Shown here: one piece after another, positions 12,791-25,578 of the stretch | How the letters are laid out: the number at the start of each line of letters is the position of its first letter | How positions within the stretch are numbered: position 1 is the stretch's first letter | Made by a program: the position numbers and the translations under genes | From: Kudoa neothunni | Taxonomy: Eukaryota > Animalia > Cnidaria | DNA: 64,000 nucleotides | Reading direction: 5' to 3' | Assembly: GCA_964304625.1 (NCBI GenBank) | Contig: OZ199839.1 | Span: 2,234,093 to 2,298,092, forward strand | The notes under the pieces: model-generated | What the model was told of the DNA's origin: nothing | The model's input: only the letters and a program-made list of their open reading frames with translations | The model's database searches: none

Positions 12791-14306
12791 TTAATCGGTG
12801 ACATAATATAGTATTTATGACCCGTTTATTAGTTGCAGTATTCGTCTTAGTTGCTTTATACAAAGCTTTTAAAAAAATTAACTAAAAAATTTCTTTATTG
12901 AATGAAATAAACTATGTGCAACAAAATTTACACCCATCGTAATATTTTTACCAAAAGAGATGTTTGATGCTTAATCGTTTGAATAACACCACTAGGGGTA
13001 AAACTGATAGTTGGTTAAAAATAAAATTCAAAAATATTCATTAAATAAATTAGAAGTAGAAAGCAATATCAACGCTACATGTCCATTCTGGTACAAATGT
13101 TTCGATGTGAGCCGGACGAAGCTTAACGCAACAAATTTATAATGGTAAATTGAAACTAATTTTTCTCTGAATCATATTTTTAGATCATAAAAATTCAATT
13201 GTTAATAAAATAGGGATGGTCAAATGTGCGCTATAGACATTATTTCAAGAGCTACGCACCATGTCATTACCTAAACCGGCCCCTTCCATCCATTTTTAGT
13301 TTCTGCATTCCCTCCCAACAAAATTTAAAACAATTATTTTAAGACGAAAACTCATTTCTACCGAAATTATATGAAAAAGAAAAGAAAGATATACTATAAC
13401 GAGCAAACGAATGTAAAAAGTAAATATAACTGATTATAAATTAAATGCTTTGACTTTTTTCTTAACTTTTATGAACTGTAATTAAGTCAAATTGAGGCCC
13501 TTTATTAGGTTAATAATGTATACATCATAATTTATAAATGAACCAGATCTATCAATATTTAAGTGAAAAATATTAGATGTGCATGCACAGATCATGAATG
13601 ATTCAATGCTGCCAGCGGAGTTGAAAAAACCCAAGTTTAGGTAAAAATCTCAAGGTCGAGAAAATCATTACTTTAAGGTACAACAAAAATAGAATCGTAT
13701 CTATAAAAGTCTTAAACCTTCTTCCGATTCAATAATTACGTCATCAGACATTAAATTTAAATTTATCATCGTATGATTGTGATGTTTGGGCACGAACACT
13801 CACTCATAATTAATTACTTCATAATTCAAAATATATTTTGAAATAACGTTTAAATTTTCTAATAATATGCGACAATGTTTACTGAGTAACTATGTAATCG
13901 TGTCATGTTAAACAATCTAATGTGCTGACGTTCAATATCGCAAATGTTTAAACTATGCATGACGGTGGTTCCCACACCCCTAAGGATGTGAACTATGGGC
14001 TTGAGGATGCGAGATTCGACCACAATAGAAAAGAAATTTTGAGTCGGCTACACCTTATTGTATTATAGTATGCAAGCAGGTGCAAACTTCGTTTTGTCAT
14101 TAAATGTGGGTGCAAGTCCAATTTTGGCTGGAAAGCGCTTCTTCATGATATAATCTGAATAGGATAGGTCATTAAAAATATAAATATTAATGCCGTACAT
14201 ACAAAAATTGTGTTATTCTTTAATGTTTACAGGTTTTCAATAAAACCCGAGATTTTGTATTAAATGAAAAAAACCAAGCCCTGGAATGATTTAAATTTTT
14301 GTTTAA

Positions 14307-16380
14307 CTTTCTAGATAAAATGGGGTGTATTTTGACCCCACGCATGTTATAAGGTCATTTTTTAAACATAAATGGTTAGGTTAATTTAATTTTGAGTTCA
14401 TATAATCTTCTATATTACAGAGATCTTTACAAAAATGTAATATAGTATTCGTATTTTAAAAAAGGACAAAAATTAAATCAAAAACACTTAAATAAAAATC
14501 GACCCCAGGTTTTTTGGTTAAATTTTGAGAAATAGAAAATAATATTTATATTTGAGGTTTAAAGAAATTTAATCGATAAAACATCGAATAAATAACAATA
14601 TATTAGTGGTCATCTGAAATGCACACGCACCATATTTTAAACTCTGAGTTCTTCTTCTGGTTATTGCGATAGTTGCTCCGATTTTGATAATCTTGATGTT
14701 GAAAATTCATTTCTTAATAAAATCTCATCTGATGATGATGTTGAATTGATCACCGATTCTTTACTTGACAAAAATGGAACTTTGTGGCCAGTTAATAAAC
14801 CTATAATTTCAAGAATCGGATCAGAAAATATTTTGAATAATCTCCATGGTGTCACCTTTTGCTTTATTAAGAGTGACCAATTTAGGTGATACTTTCCGAT
14901 TACTTTTTAATCAAGAAGTTTACAATCTGATCCTAAAATTTAAAAGTTTATTTGGTGCCAATTACTTTGGCAATAGTTTGAATAATTTAGATGAAACCAA
15001 ATATAAGGGTTATATTAGGTGCATGTTGTTAATAATTATCCATAAAGACCGACAGGAACCCATTTCGGAGTTATTTGAAGTGATTTGTTTACACGTAGTT
15101 TCCGCCCATTTGACGATGTATGCATTGCTGAGCAGTTAGTTTCTTTCAGGGGCCGTATCCCATTTAAGCAATACATACATAGCAAACCAGCCAAATATGG
15201 CTTTTTTCGCGCAGTTGATCCCAGATCAACCTATATATATAATATCGACGTCTATTTGGGAAAGCAGAACCAATTAGATAAAAAGGCAACAAACATCGGT
15301 AAAACATAGTATTGAAGTTACCTAGCCCATTGCGTAGTTCTGGTCGAAATTTGGTTTGTGGTAACTTTTCATGTCTGTGGAACTTGCTGACGAATTGCTA
15401 AGAAAAAAATTAACGTTACTTTGGACGTTGAGATCTATTAAAGGAGAAATTCCGTCATATTTAGGACCATTGAAAAATACTCCTGTCAATTCAATTTTTG
15501 TGTTTGATGGTAAAAAGATGATTTTAAGGTACTTTCCAAGAGAAACGAACCTGTGTATATGTTGTGCACCTCTGCAACTAATACCAACGTTTCAGAATAA
15601 GAGCCCTACAAACCTGATGTAATATTCCATGTTAACTCTACAAAGGGGGGAGTTGATACTATTTCTCGATTACTTGCATCGGTATGTGTTAGAAGATTCA
15701 CTAAACGCTGATCCCTGATTGTATTCTTCAGCACGGTTGAAATTTTATTGATAAATGGGTTTTCAGTTTATAAAGGAATATTTTATCAAGCCAACATAAG
15801 CAGGAGAAATTATTTAAGAGTCGACAAGCGCCTTAGAAACGCGAAGAAAAGGAGACAATTTAGCTAGCGTACTTGTGAATAACGTTCTAAAAATTCCACT
15901 CAAAGGTGTAAATTTTGTGAAAAAAGACCATAAAACCTCCGAAAAATGTCAAAGTTGCAACGCGCCATGTTGTAGAAAACATTCTAAACTTGTTTGTTTG
16001 AATGGTTTATGATACTATTTCTGTTATTTAACATCATGTCCCATTTATATCGGGATAAAACTCGTTAAATAATTTGTTAAGTGTTTAAAATATTAGAAAT
16101 TAAGAATAAATAAATTTAAAAGCGCATATACTGGTTTTTCCTAATTCTAGATATAATTAAATCATCAAAAACTTAATAAATTCTCCCAGTAATCGCGCAC
16201 GCGCGTTTCAGTGTTATCAATTTTATTGCGCTTTTTTACAATGTTTTATCCATGGATATTGCTTAGAATTTGTACAAACAGTTTAATTTATATTTACTAC
16301 GCAAAAATTTAAAAATATATGGGGTTGAAATACACTCCAATTTTATTGGGAAGGTGCAACTTTTCAAACTCTTTAGAAGG
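14307..16380 (+). mobile_element. Near full-length decayed piggyBac transposon with transposase pseudogene (about 14640-16010)
   Basis: VCIAEQLVSFRGRIPFKQYIHSKPAKYG, RNLVCGNFFMSVELADELL, NSTKGGVDT and a C-terminal Cys-rich domain (CKFC...CQSCNAPCCRKH). Two catalytic Asp are mutated (DEQ>AEQ, DNF>GNF). Ends TTAA|CTTTCTAG and TTAGAAGG|TTGA; inner repeat ATAAAATGGGGTGTATTTTGACCCCA is mirrored at 16320-16346 with a longer spacer on the right, as in canonical piggyBac. Confidence 0.92.
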
Positions 16381-17339
16381 TTGATTATGAATTTAAAAAT
16401 ATACTTCGAAAAAATTAAGCATATGACTAAATTTATAATATAACATTTTAGTTTTTGTAATTTTTGAGTGCAAATTAACCTTAATTTTAAATATAAAAAT
16501 TTAAAGTAATTTAACATGGACATCTAACAAGTTAAATTTTGACGCTAATATAAATATAGTCCTTACTTGTCCAAGAGTTTGCCAAAAAAAATACCTTACA
16601 AACTCTAAGAATCTAAACTATTTGAAACATTTTCGAGTCAATTTTTCTTTTGCTACTAAGAAGTGAATTTTGTTTTTTCATTTAGCAACAAAAAAATAAA
16701 TTATCATTTTTGTTTATTTTATTAATAAATTTAAATTAGTAGATTGAAAATGCAAATTAAATTTTCAGTAAAATTTATCAAATGACTCATGTTTACCGGA
16801 CTTATTTCAGCTTCGATTGCACACGACTCACCAATCACATGTGAAATTTTTTTGTTTCGAGAGAAAGATTCCGATTATGTAGAATCGATAACTTATGTAA
16901 AAATCATGTTCGGCCTTAAAGTTTTTTCTTGGACTCAAGGTATGAGTCTCGGATCTCCAATGGGAAAACTCCAAATGGTACCAAAAAAAGTTGATTTTCA
17001 CAAGTTATCTTCTAGCTATATAATTTTTGCCATTTTTACGATCTCCTTAAATGATCATAATTTTAATTTCACTAATCGCAATTGTGAAAAGTACGACAGT
17101 TGTACATATTTTTAGTTTGATTCTTTCTATGGATTGGCTAAAAGTATTGGTATATTTTTTTAATGGTTTTAATAAAATTTTCAATCCAGAATATTTTCAT
17201 TGATTGGTCAAACTAGGTATTTCGCGCGAATTAAAAATATAATCGATGGAAATTACGAGGATCCGACTTGATAGTGATTATTACCTGTTATGATAAATTC
17301 GTTAATTTATGAAACTTACGATTTTTCCCTTTTTAAACA

Positions 17340-17700
17340 TCTCCCTGATGATTATTATTATTATTATTATTCTTGTCGTGAAGAAGGATCTCGTCGATTT
17401 CAATGACTTAACCTTCTCCACCATATTCCCTTCGTTCCTCAAAACTTGAAAGGCATACTTTCTAGTATTCTTTTTCTATCAAGAAATGATAAGCTTAAGT
17501 ATATTGATCATTTTCCCAGTAGTTGCAGAAATGCTTTCCAATGCACATTAATAATCGAGTTTCAATTTTTTTTTCATTGTTAATTTATTTGATGACATAA
17601 CGGAAATTATACCATTTAAAAAAGTACCATCTCGAGAGGGAGACGTTAGTTTTACATCTTAACTACATCAAGTCGTTATTTACAGGAGAACATCAATTTT
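17340..17700 (-). mobile_element. Merlin (ISXO2/IS1016-like) transposase remnant
   Basis: Minus-strand fragments RCKTNVSL/RDGTFLNG and YGGEG*VIEIDEILL match the Merlin motifs SIRxGTxF and IGGxGxxVEIDES. Confidence 0.65.
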
Positions 17701-18096
17701 TACAGATGTAATTAAAGGAATAATCAATGCTTAAATTATGTCATAGGTCTTTTGCATTAATTTTTCTTTTTAAGATACAAGTTTAAAAATTATAGAAATT
17801 TAAACATTCTTTCGTTACAGCCTCTATATAATCCTTCGTTACTAAGGTGTAAAGTAACTTAGCACCTTCATTTATTTAACAGGAAAAGTGGTGGTCTCCT
17901 TTAAAACTTAAAAACACCATTATAATTATTAACCCCTGGTTAAAAGCACAGAAGAATTTAAAATAGTTTTTTAAGGTCAATATAAAATATAAATAGAGTC
18001 TTATTTATGAAAATCAAAAAATGGTTAATTTTCGGCATCTATTGTAAAATGATAGAGATTACACATGCACTCAACTCTAGTCAAATAAGACTAGAG

Positions 18097-18774
18097 TCAA
18101 TATTTAGAAGCCATAATTTTGGCTGAATGTTTGCACTCAGTATTCTTTTGATTTATTATCAACTATTGAAATAAAATAAATAAAATCATAAAAAAATCCC
18201 AAACTTAACACCCAAAAAAGAAAATAATATGATAGATGTATTCAAATAAATATAGCACAAATGAGGCTTTATACATACCGATAACAATAAAATACTAAAA
18301 GCGCAAAGCTTTCTAAAAATTGTTAATTTCTCCCCAAGATAAATAAGCTTTCGTCTATCCTTTGTTATTATTTGAATTCCTATACATACAACATAAATAA
18401 TCTCTTAAAAATTTCACAAAAAAATCAAAAGGTATAGCAACTCTACATCACTTAGAAACAATTCAGTCAATCTCCACCACTTATAAAATTGTGGAATGAA
18501 ATGAGAATTGCTGGAACCAAGACTAAAAGGTTGTGTGTTAGTTTTACAACAATCAAATCTACTTAAAATTAGGTTCAATATCAAGGATTTTATATTGTTA
18601 TGCGGAATGTAATCACTACGAAAACAATATTTATTCATTTGGTTTAAATATTAAAACAGCGAAAATTGAGTGATCCCCTTGAATCTTATATCTCGAATAA
18701 TCACTGCCATACACTGAATATGCAATTAACAAATAGCTCATCACAAATTGAATGATATAAACCCTTCGTAACAT
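18097..18774 (-). CDS. Putative small multi-exon secreted/membrane protein, divergent from poly(A) polymerase
   Basis: Signal-like MLRRVYIIQFVMSYLLIAYSVYG, several GT-AG introns of about 40 nt, a hydrophobic segment, and last exon LIINQKNTECKHSAKIMASKY*. Internal phasing is unresolved. Confidence 0.4.
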
Positions 18775-18818
18775 ATCAAAATGTCGAAGAAGTCGAGTAG
18801 AATCGGCGCCTACACTTT

Positions 18819-18830
18819 CGCGCAGGCGCA
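18819..18830. promoter_or_regulatory. NRF1-like element CGCGCAGGCGCA in a roughly 160-bp bidirectional promoter
   Basis: Lies between divergent ATGs at 18774 and 18935; matches the NRF1/EWG palindrome family. Confidence 0.55.
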
Positions 18831-18934
18831 CTTATATCATTTTCCGTGAAGTCCAAGGTACTGTTTTAACTGCTGAATCCTTAAAACGTGGTTGTAATTT
18901 TAAACTATATGTAATTTAGAATTGGTATATTCCA

Positions 18935-20984
18935 ATGATGAAGGATAATAATGAGGAAACTGACCTAAAGTCGACGAATAGTAGTCAATCTGAATTAGCC
19001 ATTACAGATGATGTCGCTGTGCCAGAAGCATTGAAGAAATTCATTTCCAACCAACAGTCTGGAGTTAAACAAAAAATTTTCGGTGTAACATCAGTAATAT
19101 CCACGGCACAACCGAAAGCTAAGGAATTTAAGCTTACTGAGTCGTTGATCGAAGCACTCAACCACTATGATATCTACGAATCAGATTTTGATTTAATGCA
19201 TCGCCTAGGAGTGTTATCCAGTTTAAACGACATGGCAAGGGAGTGGATTGTTGAATGTGGGAAGGAGAAAAACCTATCCGACCAAATTATAGCAAATCTT
19301 GGTGGGCATGTACGTACATTTGGATCGTTTAGACTTGGTGTTCACACCAAAGGAGGGGATATTGATTCCTTGTTGGTAGCTCCAAAGTATATTGAAAGAA
19401 AGGATTTTTTCAAATCATTCTCTCTGTTTCTCAAAAAATCCCCGTATGTGTCCAAATTGATAACTATTGAAGATGCCTTTGTGCCACTGATCAATTTCAC
19501 CTACGACGATATTGAAATCGATCTTTTGTTTGCGCGTCTCAACATGGCACATATCGGTAGTGATTTGTCACTTCAAAACGACGATATATTGAAACATTTG
19601 GATGTTCGATGTGTGCGTAGTTTGAATGGATGCCGAGTGACAGATCAGATATTGACATTAGTTCCCAATGGAGAATGTTTTAAGATGACCCTTCGTGCGA
19701 TCAAATTGTGGGCAAAACGAAGAGGAGTTTATTCGAATGTGTTGGGATTTTTTGGTGGTGTAACATGGGCGATGATGGTTGCTCGAGTTTGTCAGCTTTA
19801 TCCCAACGCTGTGCCGGCCACATTGGTTTTTAAGTTTTTCTTTGTTTTCACACAATGGTTGTGGCCACAGCCGGTCATTCTAAAACCTCTGCCAGCCACA
19901 AGTGCACTCGATATACCCGAATGGAATCCCAAGGAAAATCCGTCTGATGCGAATCATTTGATGCCAGTTATCACTCCAGTTTGTCCACATCAAAACTCCA
20001 CCTACAATGTGAGTTTCTCCACGAAAGCTGTTTTACTGGGAGAGTTTAAACGAGGTTTTGATGTGTGTCAGAAGATCGCTCATGGTGAACTTGAATGGTC
20101 GGATCTTTTCGAATCGAACCCTTTTTTCAGTTATTATCGAACATTTATAAAGGTCAGTTGTGTGTCAGCTGCCGAAGAAAATGCGTTAGAATGGCACGCA
20201 TATGTGGAAAGCAAATTGCGTCATTTTATCACATTGTTAGAGAGAAAAGAGAACATTAAGTTGGCACATGTGTTTCCTAAAAGTTTTTCACCTGCTACGC
20301 CACCTGAAAGGTATGGTATGCATTATCGACGCCAGCTATTTTTTGTGGTTGCTGGCTTTTGCGTATAAAAGATGATACTAATGGTATGATATTTAGGAAT
20401 AGAATTGTGAAAAGTTGGTTCATTGGATTGGTATTTGGCGCCCAGAATACATCTGAAGATAAACCAGCCAAAAAAATCTGTGTTGATGTAACAACCGAGG
20501 CCGTGGTTTTCAAAAAGAAACTACTTGCCAAACAAAACTTCAAACGAAGATTCGACCCACTCAAACACACGATACGAGCCACGCCGTTACGAAAGAAAGA
20601 CCTAATAGACCATGTCCCAGCCGACTTTTTGCAGCTAAGCAAACTACCGTCAAAAGTCAGTTACTATCCAGTCTACTCCACCGCTGAAATCCTTATCGTT
20701 CCTATAAAGCGTTCCGCCCCCGAGATGTCTGTTGAGACTTTACAAGGTGATCCCGCGAATCTGAGTGTGTCAAATCCACCCACCAAACAAGAAAAGCTAG
20801 ATTCTACGTCTGAAGTTGATTTTACATCTGTAAGGTATGTGATAAGTTGATTTTTTAGACTGTTATACTTGATACACCATCAACTCCTGTTATATCTGCC
20901 ATTTCTGCTGGTTCTTTCGATTCTTCTACCGCCGATATTGATGAATCCAAATCCTATTCTGCTGCAATGTCAAATGATGCTTGA
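18935..20984 (+). CDS. PAPOLA: Canonical nuclear poly(A) polymerase
   Basis: FGSFRLGVHTKGGDIDSL, EIDLLFARL, RSLNGCRVTDQIL, LRAIKLWAKRRGVYSNVLGFFGGVTWAMMVARVCQLYPNA, HLMPVITP. Introns about 20310-20396 and 20830-20858; S/T-rich tail (3' end less certain). Confidence 0.97.
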
Positions 20985-21399
20985 ATGTGACGAGACATCC
21001 TCTCACTATACTATGGCTGATATTCGTTTCTTCAGATGAGTCCACTGATAATTTTCTGTACATAGGTCGCGCCTCCACATATAACAACAACTCACCCAAC
21101 ACTGATATCATTTTTATGACCCCCTTTTCGTCTTCTAATTTTAAGAGATTTTCGTTATATCTTTCGGTTCTTATAGTGTTAGGCTTCCGATTTTTGAATT
21201 TTTGTATCAATCTATGTTTTTTGGTTTGTTTTGATGTTTTATATGGCGATTATGCGCATGATATTATCTTTGAATTTTCTAGTATGAGTGTTGGTAATAT
21301 TTTCATTAATTTAGAGCGAACATTTATTCGTGCGCTAACCGTGTTTTTTCAATCATAAATTCTTATTGGGTGTACATTATCCCATGGCGAATTTTCGCC

Positions 21400-22240
21400 A
21401 ACAGACATGTGCATTAAATTTACTTTTAATTTTCCAGACAGAGTGGTTAACCCAGGATAGCATTATTTCAATTGTCTTTAGAAATGTTGACTGTAACCCT
21501 CGATAGGGTTTGAAGTGAACGGAATATCGTTCATGACTCTAAAATGAGCATTGCAAGATTCAGTTGGATACTTGGTTCCTTCTAGATAGTTCTTTCAAAA
21601 TATTGAAAAAATGAAGATAAATTAATATCTTTGAACTCGTTTCCCTTCTATAAATGCTTATTTTTACTCGTCTTCAATGAAGTTTGTTAATAGGGAAGCA
21701 AATGAGTTTGTTCACAAATATAAAAATTCACTATAACTTTTATATTTACGATATCATCTAAGTTTTTGAAGTTTTCTGAAGAATATTCGACCAAAATGTA
21801 ATATGTAAAAATAAAGGTTCAATTATATTGCTTTTAAAATCGATACAATATATTTTTTATAAAGATAATCATACAAACTCATGTCATAATTTTTGGAGGT
21901 TTTCAAAAGTTTATATCAAGAGTATTTTGTGAAACAATTTTAACAATGTCGCGCTCGTTCGCCGGCGAAAATTCTTCATACCGCTCATTATATGTTTTTT
22001 AACCCTTGAAGGATCGCACTCAAAAAACTCCCTGATGTTTTTTATAATAACGATTGTAGTTACTTTTAATTTCTTACTTTTATAAAAAGTATATTTATAA
22101 CCATTAAGAAAGATAACGCATAAACTCTGTAAGTCTAACTTTAACTCGAGTGGTAGGAATGTGAGAGCAAAGAGAACAGAATCACAGACATCTGTGTGAA
22201 TTATAAAAATATTAAGACCTTCATTATCTCGAGGCAATAT
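21400..22240 (-). mobile_element. MULE (Mutator-like) transposase remnant
   Basis: YPTESCNAHFRVMNDIPFTSNPIEGY at about 21495-21575 resembles the MULE motif WN.H.RV.NDLPRTNN.IEGWH; the rest is heavily degraded and the boundaries are approximate. Confidence 0.6.
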
Positions 22241-22952
22241 TCACAGGCATCGGCAATTGACACGGAGGTTTTAAATCTAAAATCAGGCACGTGCCGTCCG
22301 GGTATGCATTGCATACCTTGGAATATGTTGGGTGGGAAAATTTTTGTACCTGCATTACAGGGTGTAACATGAGAATTAATAGGATAATACCAATTCAAAA
22401 ATAAATGTGTGTATTAATGAAGCACGCGAATAGAAAAATGATTCGCGTTTACCTCAGTATTAATTCGAATATATATATTTGAATCAATATAAATAGAATA
22501 TTAGTCAAAATTCATAAAATCGGAATCAATGATAGTCCAAAATAACTCGACAGAGAGTAATTTTCATGGGTCCAGGTGTGTAAAGCACTGGCAAATTAAA
22601 GTCTGAGATGCCTGATTTGCCAACCTTTAATATAGATGAATAAGAAATTTTCAGTGGTGAGTGTATAATATACATATTATAAAAAATATATAAATGAATA
22701 AACAATTTCAAATATTTAAGTCAAGGTTGGCGCAGAAGTCATGGCTGCCTCCTATTTAAATACACGTAGATTCGCGTAACTAGCACGAGCGGTGCGATTC
22801 CGCGCATCTCTCGTACATCAAATTTTAGTTATTTTTTGGATTATTAAATATTTAAATCTTAATCAGTGTCTCCGAGGTGATAATATTAGATAATATTTCA
22901 GAAAAAATGCTAGTTACACATAAATTATTCCTAATCTCTATTTGATTATCTG

Positions 22953-23290
22953 TTGAAGTGTTTTGGTTTTATCATGTTACTTTCAAACATGCATAGTCAT
23001 TATCTCAAACAGTTTTCAAAACTTCCCTATGAAGAAAATATGAGAATCATAACAAATGGTAGACCAACACCAAAACTTTATGTACGTAAACAACAGAAAC
23101 AGAAAGGAGGAAAAATTACTCGTATCTTTCATGGTGTATGGTATGAGAGGAAAAAATGGTTGTGTGGATGTACTAAAACCAAAATCTTTTTCGTTTCCTT
23201 TGTCTGTTATTTTCGGCGCCTAATGAAAATATCTGGGTGAACGGAGGATATTCTAATTTGATACAGAAGAATTAAAGCATTGAAATTCAT
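22953..23290 (+). mobile_element. hAT (ZMYM1-like, TTF zinc finger) transposase 5' remnant
   Basis: FSKLPYEE..I...GRPTPKL...TRIFHGVWYERKKWLCGC..F..C..F, typical N-terminus of ZMYM1-like hAT transposases; frameshifted. Confidence 0.7.
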
Positions 23291-24173
23291 AATAAAAAAA
23301 AAGTCTAACACAACTGGGAAATATTGAAAATTCTTCCTCATATAGCATATAGTATATAGTTGGAGTTTTTAAATTTTGTTATACGCGGTCACAGCATTAA
23401 ATTTAATTAATTGATAAAATAATAATAATAATAAGCATCTTAATTAACATACAAATGATGGCTATAAATAATTGGATTTATGGTAAAAATAACTCGAAAA
23501 TAATTTTGAACTTTGAAATATAGGTCGCTTAATTAACATGACGAAATTTTGTTGATTAATTCATTTAATGTTTTTAAATCAATTAATTCTCTGGATAATT
23601 ATATTAAATCTAAAATATTCATTCCTATTTACGTATTTAATGATAAAAATATATTGCGACCGTTTTATGTTGGAAAAAATAGTTGAAATATCGAAAACGC
23701 TTTCTTCTATATTATAATCCCTTAGCTGCATACTCAGAGCAATTGGTCATCGCACACGTCTGTCTAAAATGACAACTACGCGTGCGCTATTTACATTTTT
23801 AATCCAATTAACTCCTATTTATAGTTGATCTATAAATTTTATTTTTTAGAATCTGCTGTATTTAATTATTGTTGGCACCTAGGATCGGTAGCGAAGGGCC
23901 AAAAATAATTAAATGCGACCAAAACTATACCTGCCTGAATGTTGCGATCCGTGCCAATAGCCATTGCCATTATTTCTTTTATGCAAGTTAGTAATTATTA
24001 TTTTCTCTGTGTAATTGGAAATCAAACCCGTTTTCCTGTGTGCGCATGCGCCGACATAATTTTGCCTCCCGCGAAATTACGTCGGCTGAAAACTCTTGAA
24101 TTATAATCCTGATCTAAGTGTATTAAAGTCTTTTCGGGTAACTTAATAAATAGGTTTTACTTTTTTATTCCAA

Positions 24174-24214
24174 ATAAGTTTAATTCAATAAAAAATTTAT
24201 TGAATTAAACTTAT
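24174..24214. repeat. Perfect 19-bp inverted repeat with 3-nt loop
   Basis: ATAAGTTTAATTCAATAAA-AAA-TTTATTGAATTAAACTTAT. Confidence 0.9.
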
Positions 24215-24221
24215 GCATTAA

Positions 24222-25221
24222 CCCTCCCTGTATTACACGAAAAAAAATCACGTTTGTTCCTTATGTGGCTCGCCTGGACCCAAGAAAAAACTGTCTTAAT
24301 GGTCTTTAATTTCTTTGTGTCTCGCTTTAAAAATTTTTTAAACTACTTATAAGATGTTTTGCTAAGGAAATTAAATAAATTATGAAGCGTCGTTGGGCTT
24401 CCAAACAATCTAATAGCCTATTAATGTACCAATATAGGTTATTTAAAATTAAGAAAGAATCTGATGATACAAAAATTAAAAAAAACGTATTTTATTTGAA
24501 AAAAAGTAATTTAGAAAATAAAAACCATTTAAAAGAAGAAATCACATGTAAAATTGATTCGAGCCGACAGCAACAGCGGAAAAATTATATAGAATCGGAA
24601 TAAATTAATAATAAACAGATTAAATTGAATGAAGGTTTAAAAAATTTTTCCTTATAAATTTAATAACACCATAAATAGGTTTCATAATTACAAAGTTAAG
24701 TGAAACGACGGAAAATTCCACTATTTTTAAACTACATTCTTGGTTCTCTATAAAAATCATTAAAATTGAAAGGTTATCCGAGGAACTACTTAAATCCTAC
24801 TAGCGGCAAGCTTACAGTAACTAAAAATAAATTCGAAGATTAGATAAGTTGCCATTGGATTCACATAGGGTAATCCGCGATGAAATTCTACAATATTCTA
24901 AGATTCATCATTTACTCAACTAATATTATGTATTAAATCTTTAAATCTACAATTATACGGGGGAACATATTTACTCGCTATATATGTGTTTTATTTAAAA
25001 ACGAAACATATTTTTGTCTGTAAAGGCACAAAAATCATTAAAATTTACCGATAACAAATTTTTTACATGCAATGATTTTACGCTGTTCGAAGTAGTTTAA
25101 ATTTTTAGGGGAATTTCGAAATTTAAGGATGGTTTAGATTTGTCTATTCAAAATTAAATTCAAATTGGTTGGTTTTGAGATCCCATCGGAAACTACTCCG
25201 GATAGGATACGATAGGGAGGG
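24222..25221. mobile_element. Non-autonomous piggyBac-like element (1.0 kb)
   Basis: TTAA|CCCTCCCT ... AGGGAGGG|TTAA with intact TTAA duplication. Confidence 0.75.
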
Positions 25222-25578
25222 TTAATTACTCAAAGAAAGTTTCGCCTCATTTCATGTAAGTGTACTAATTTCTTACAATTTTTGTTGAACCATGGTAACG
25301 AGGAATAGTTACCAACATAACCCTTGTTTCCTCACAACCTACACACTACCATTTTATCAAAACAATTGTTTTACTTATCAAGAAATGAATGAATGAAACT
25401 TTTAAAGTTTCTGGTGGATTTTATTGACAAAAATCATATAAAATAGATCCTTTCAATATTATGTGAGATCAGTTTTTTATTAGTGAAGTTAAATATGCGT
25501 TTTAATTCAATAAAAATTTTTTGGATAACAGAAAATCACTATACATTTTAATGTTACAGAAAAATTGGACTAGTAAAG

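Noticed and set aside
13960-14030. tRNA/SINE-like segment (GTGGTCGAATCTCGC on the minus strand)
   Set aside because: No A box or cloverleaf could be built.
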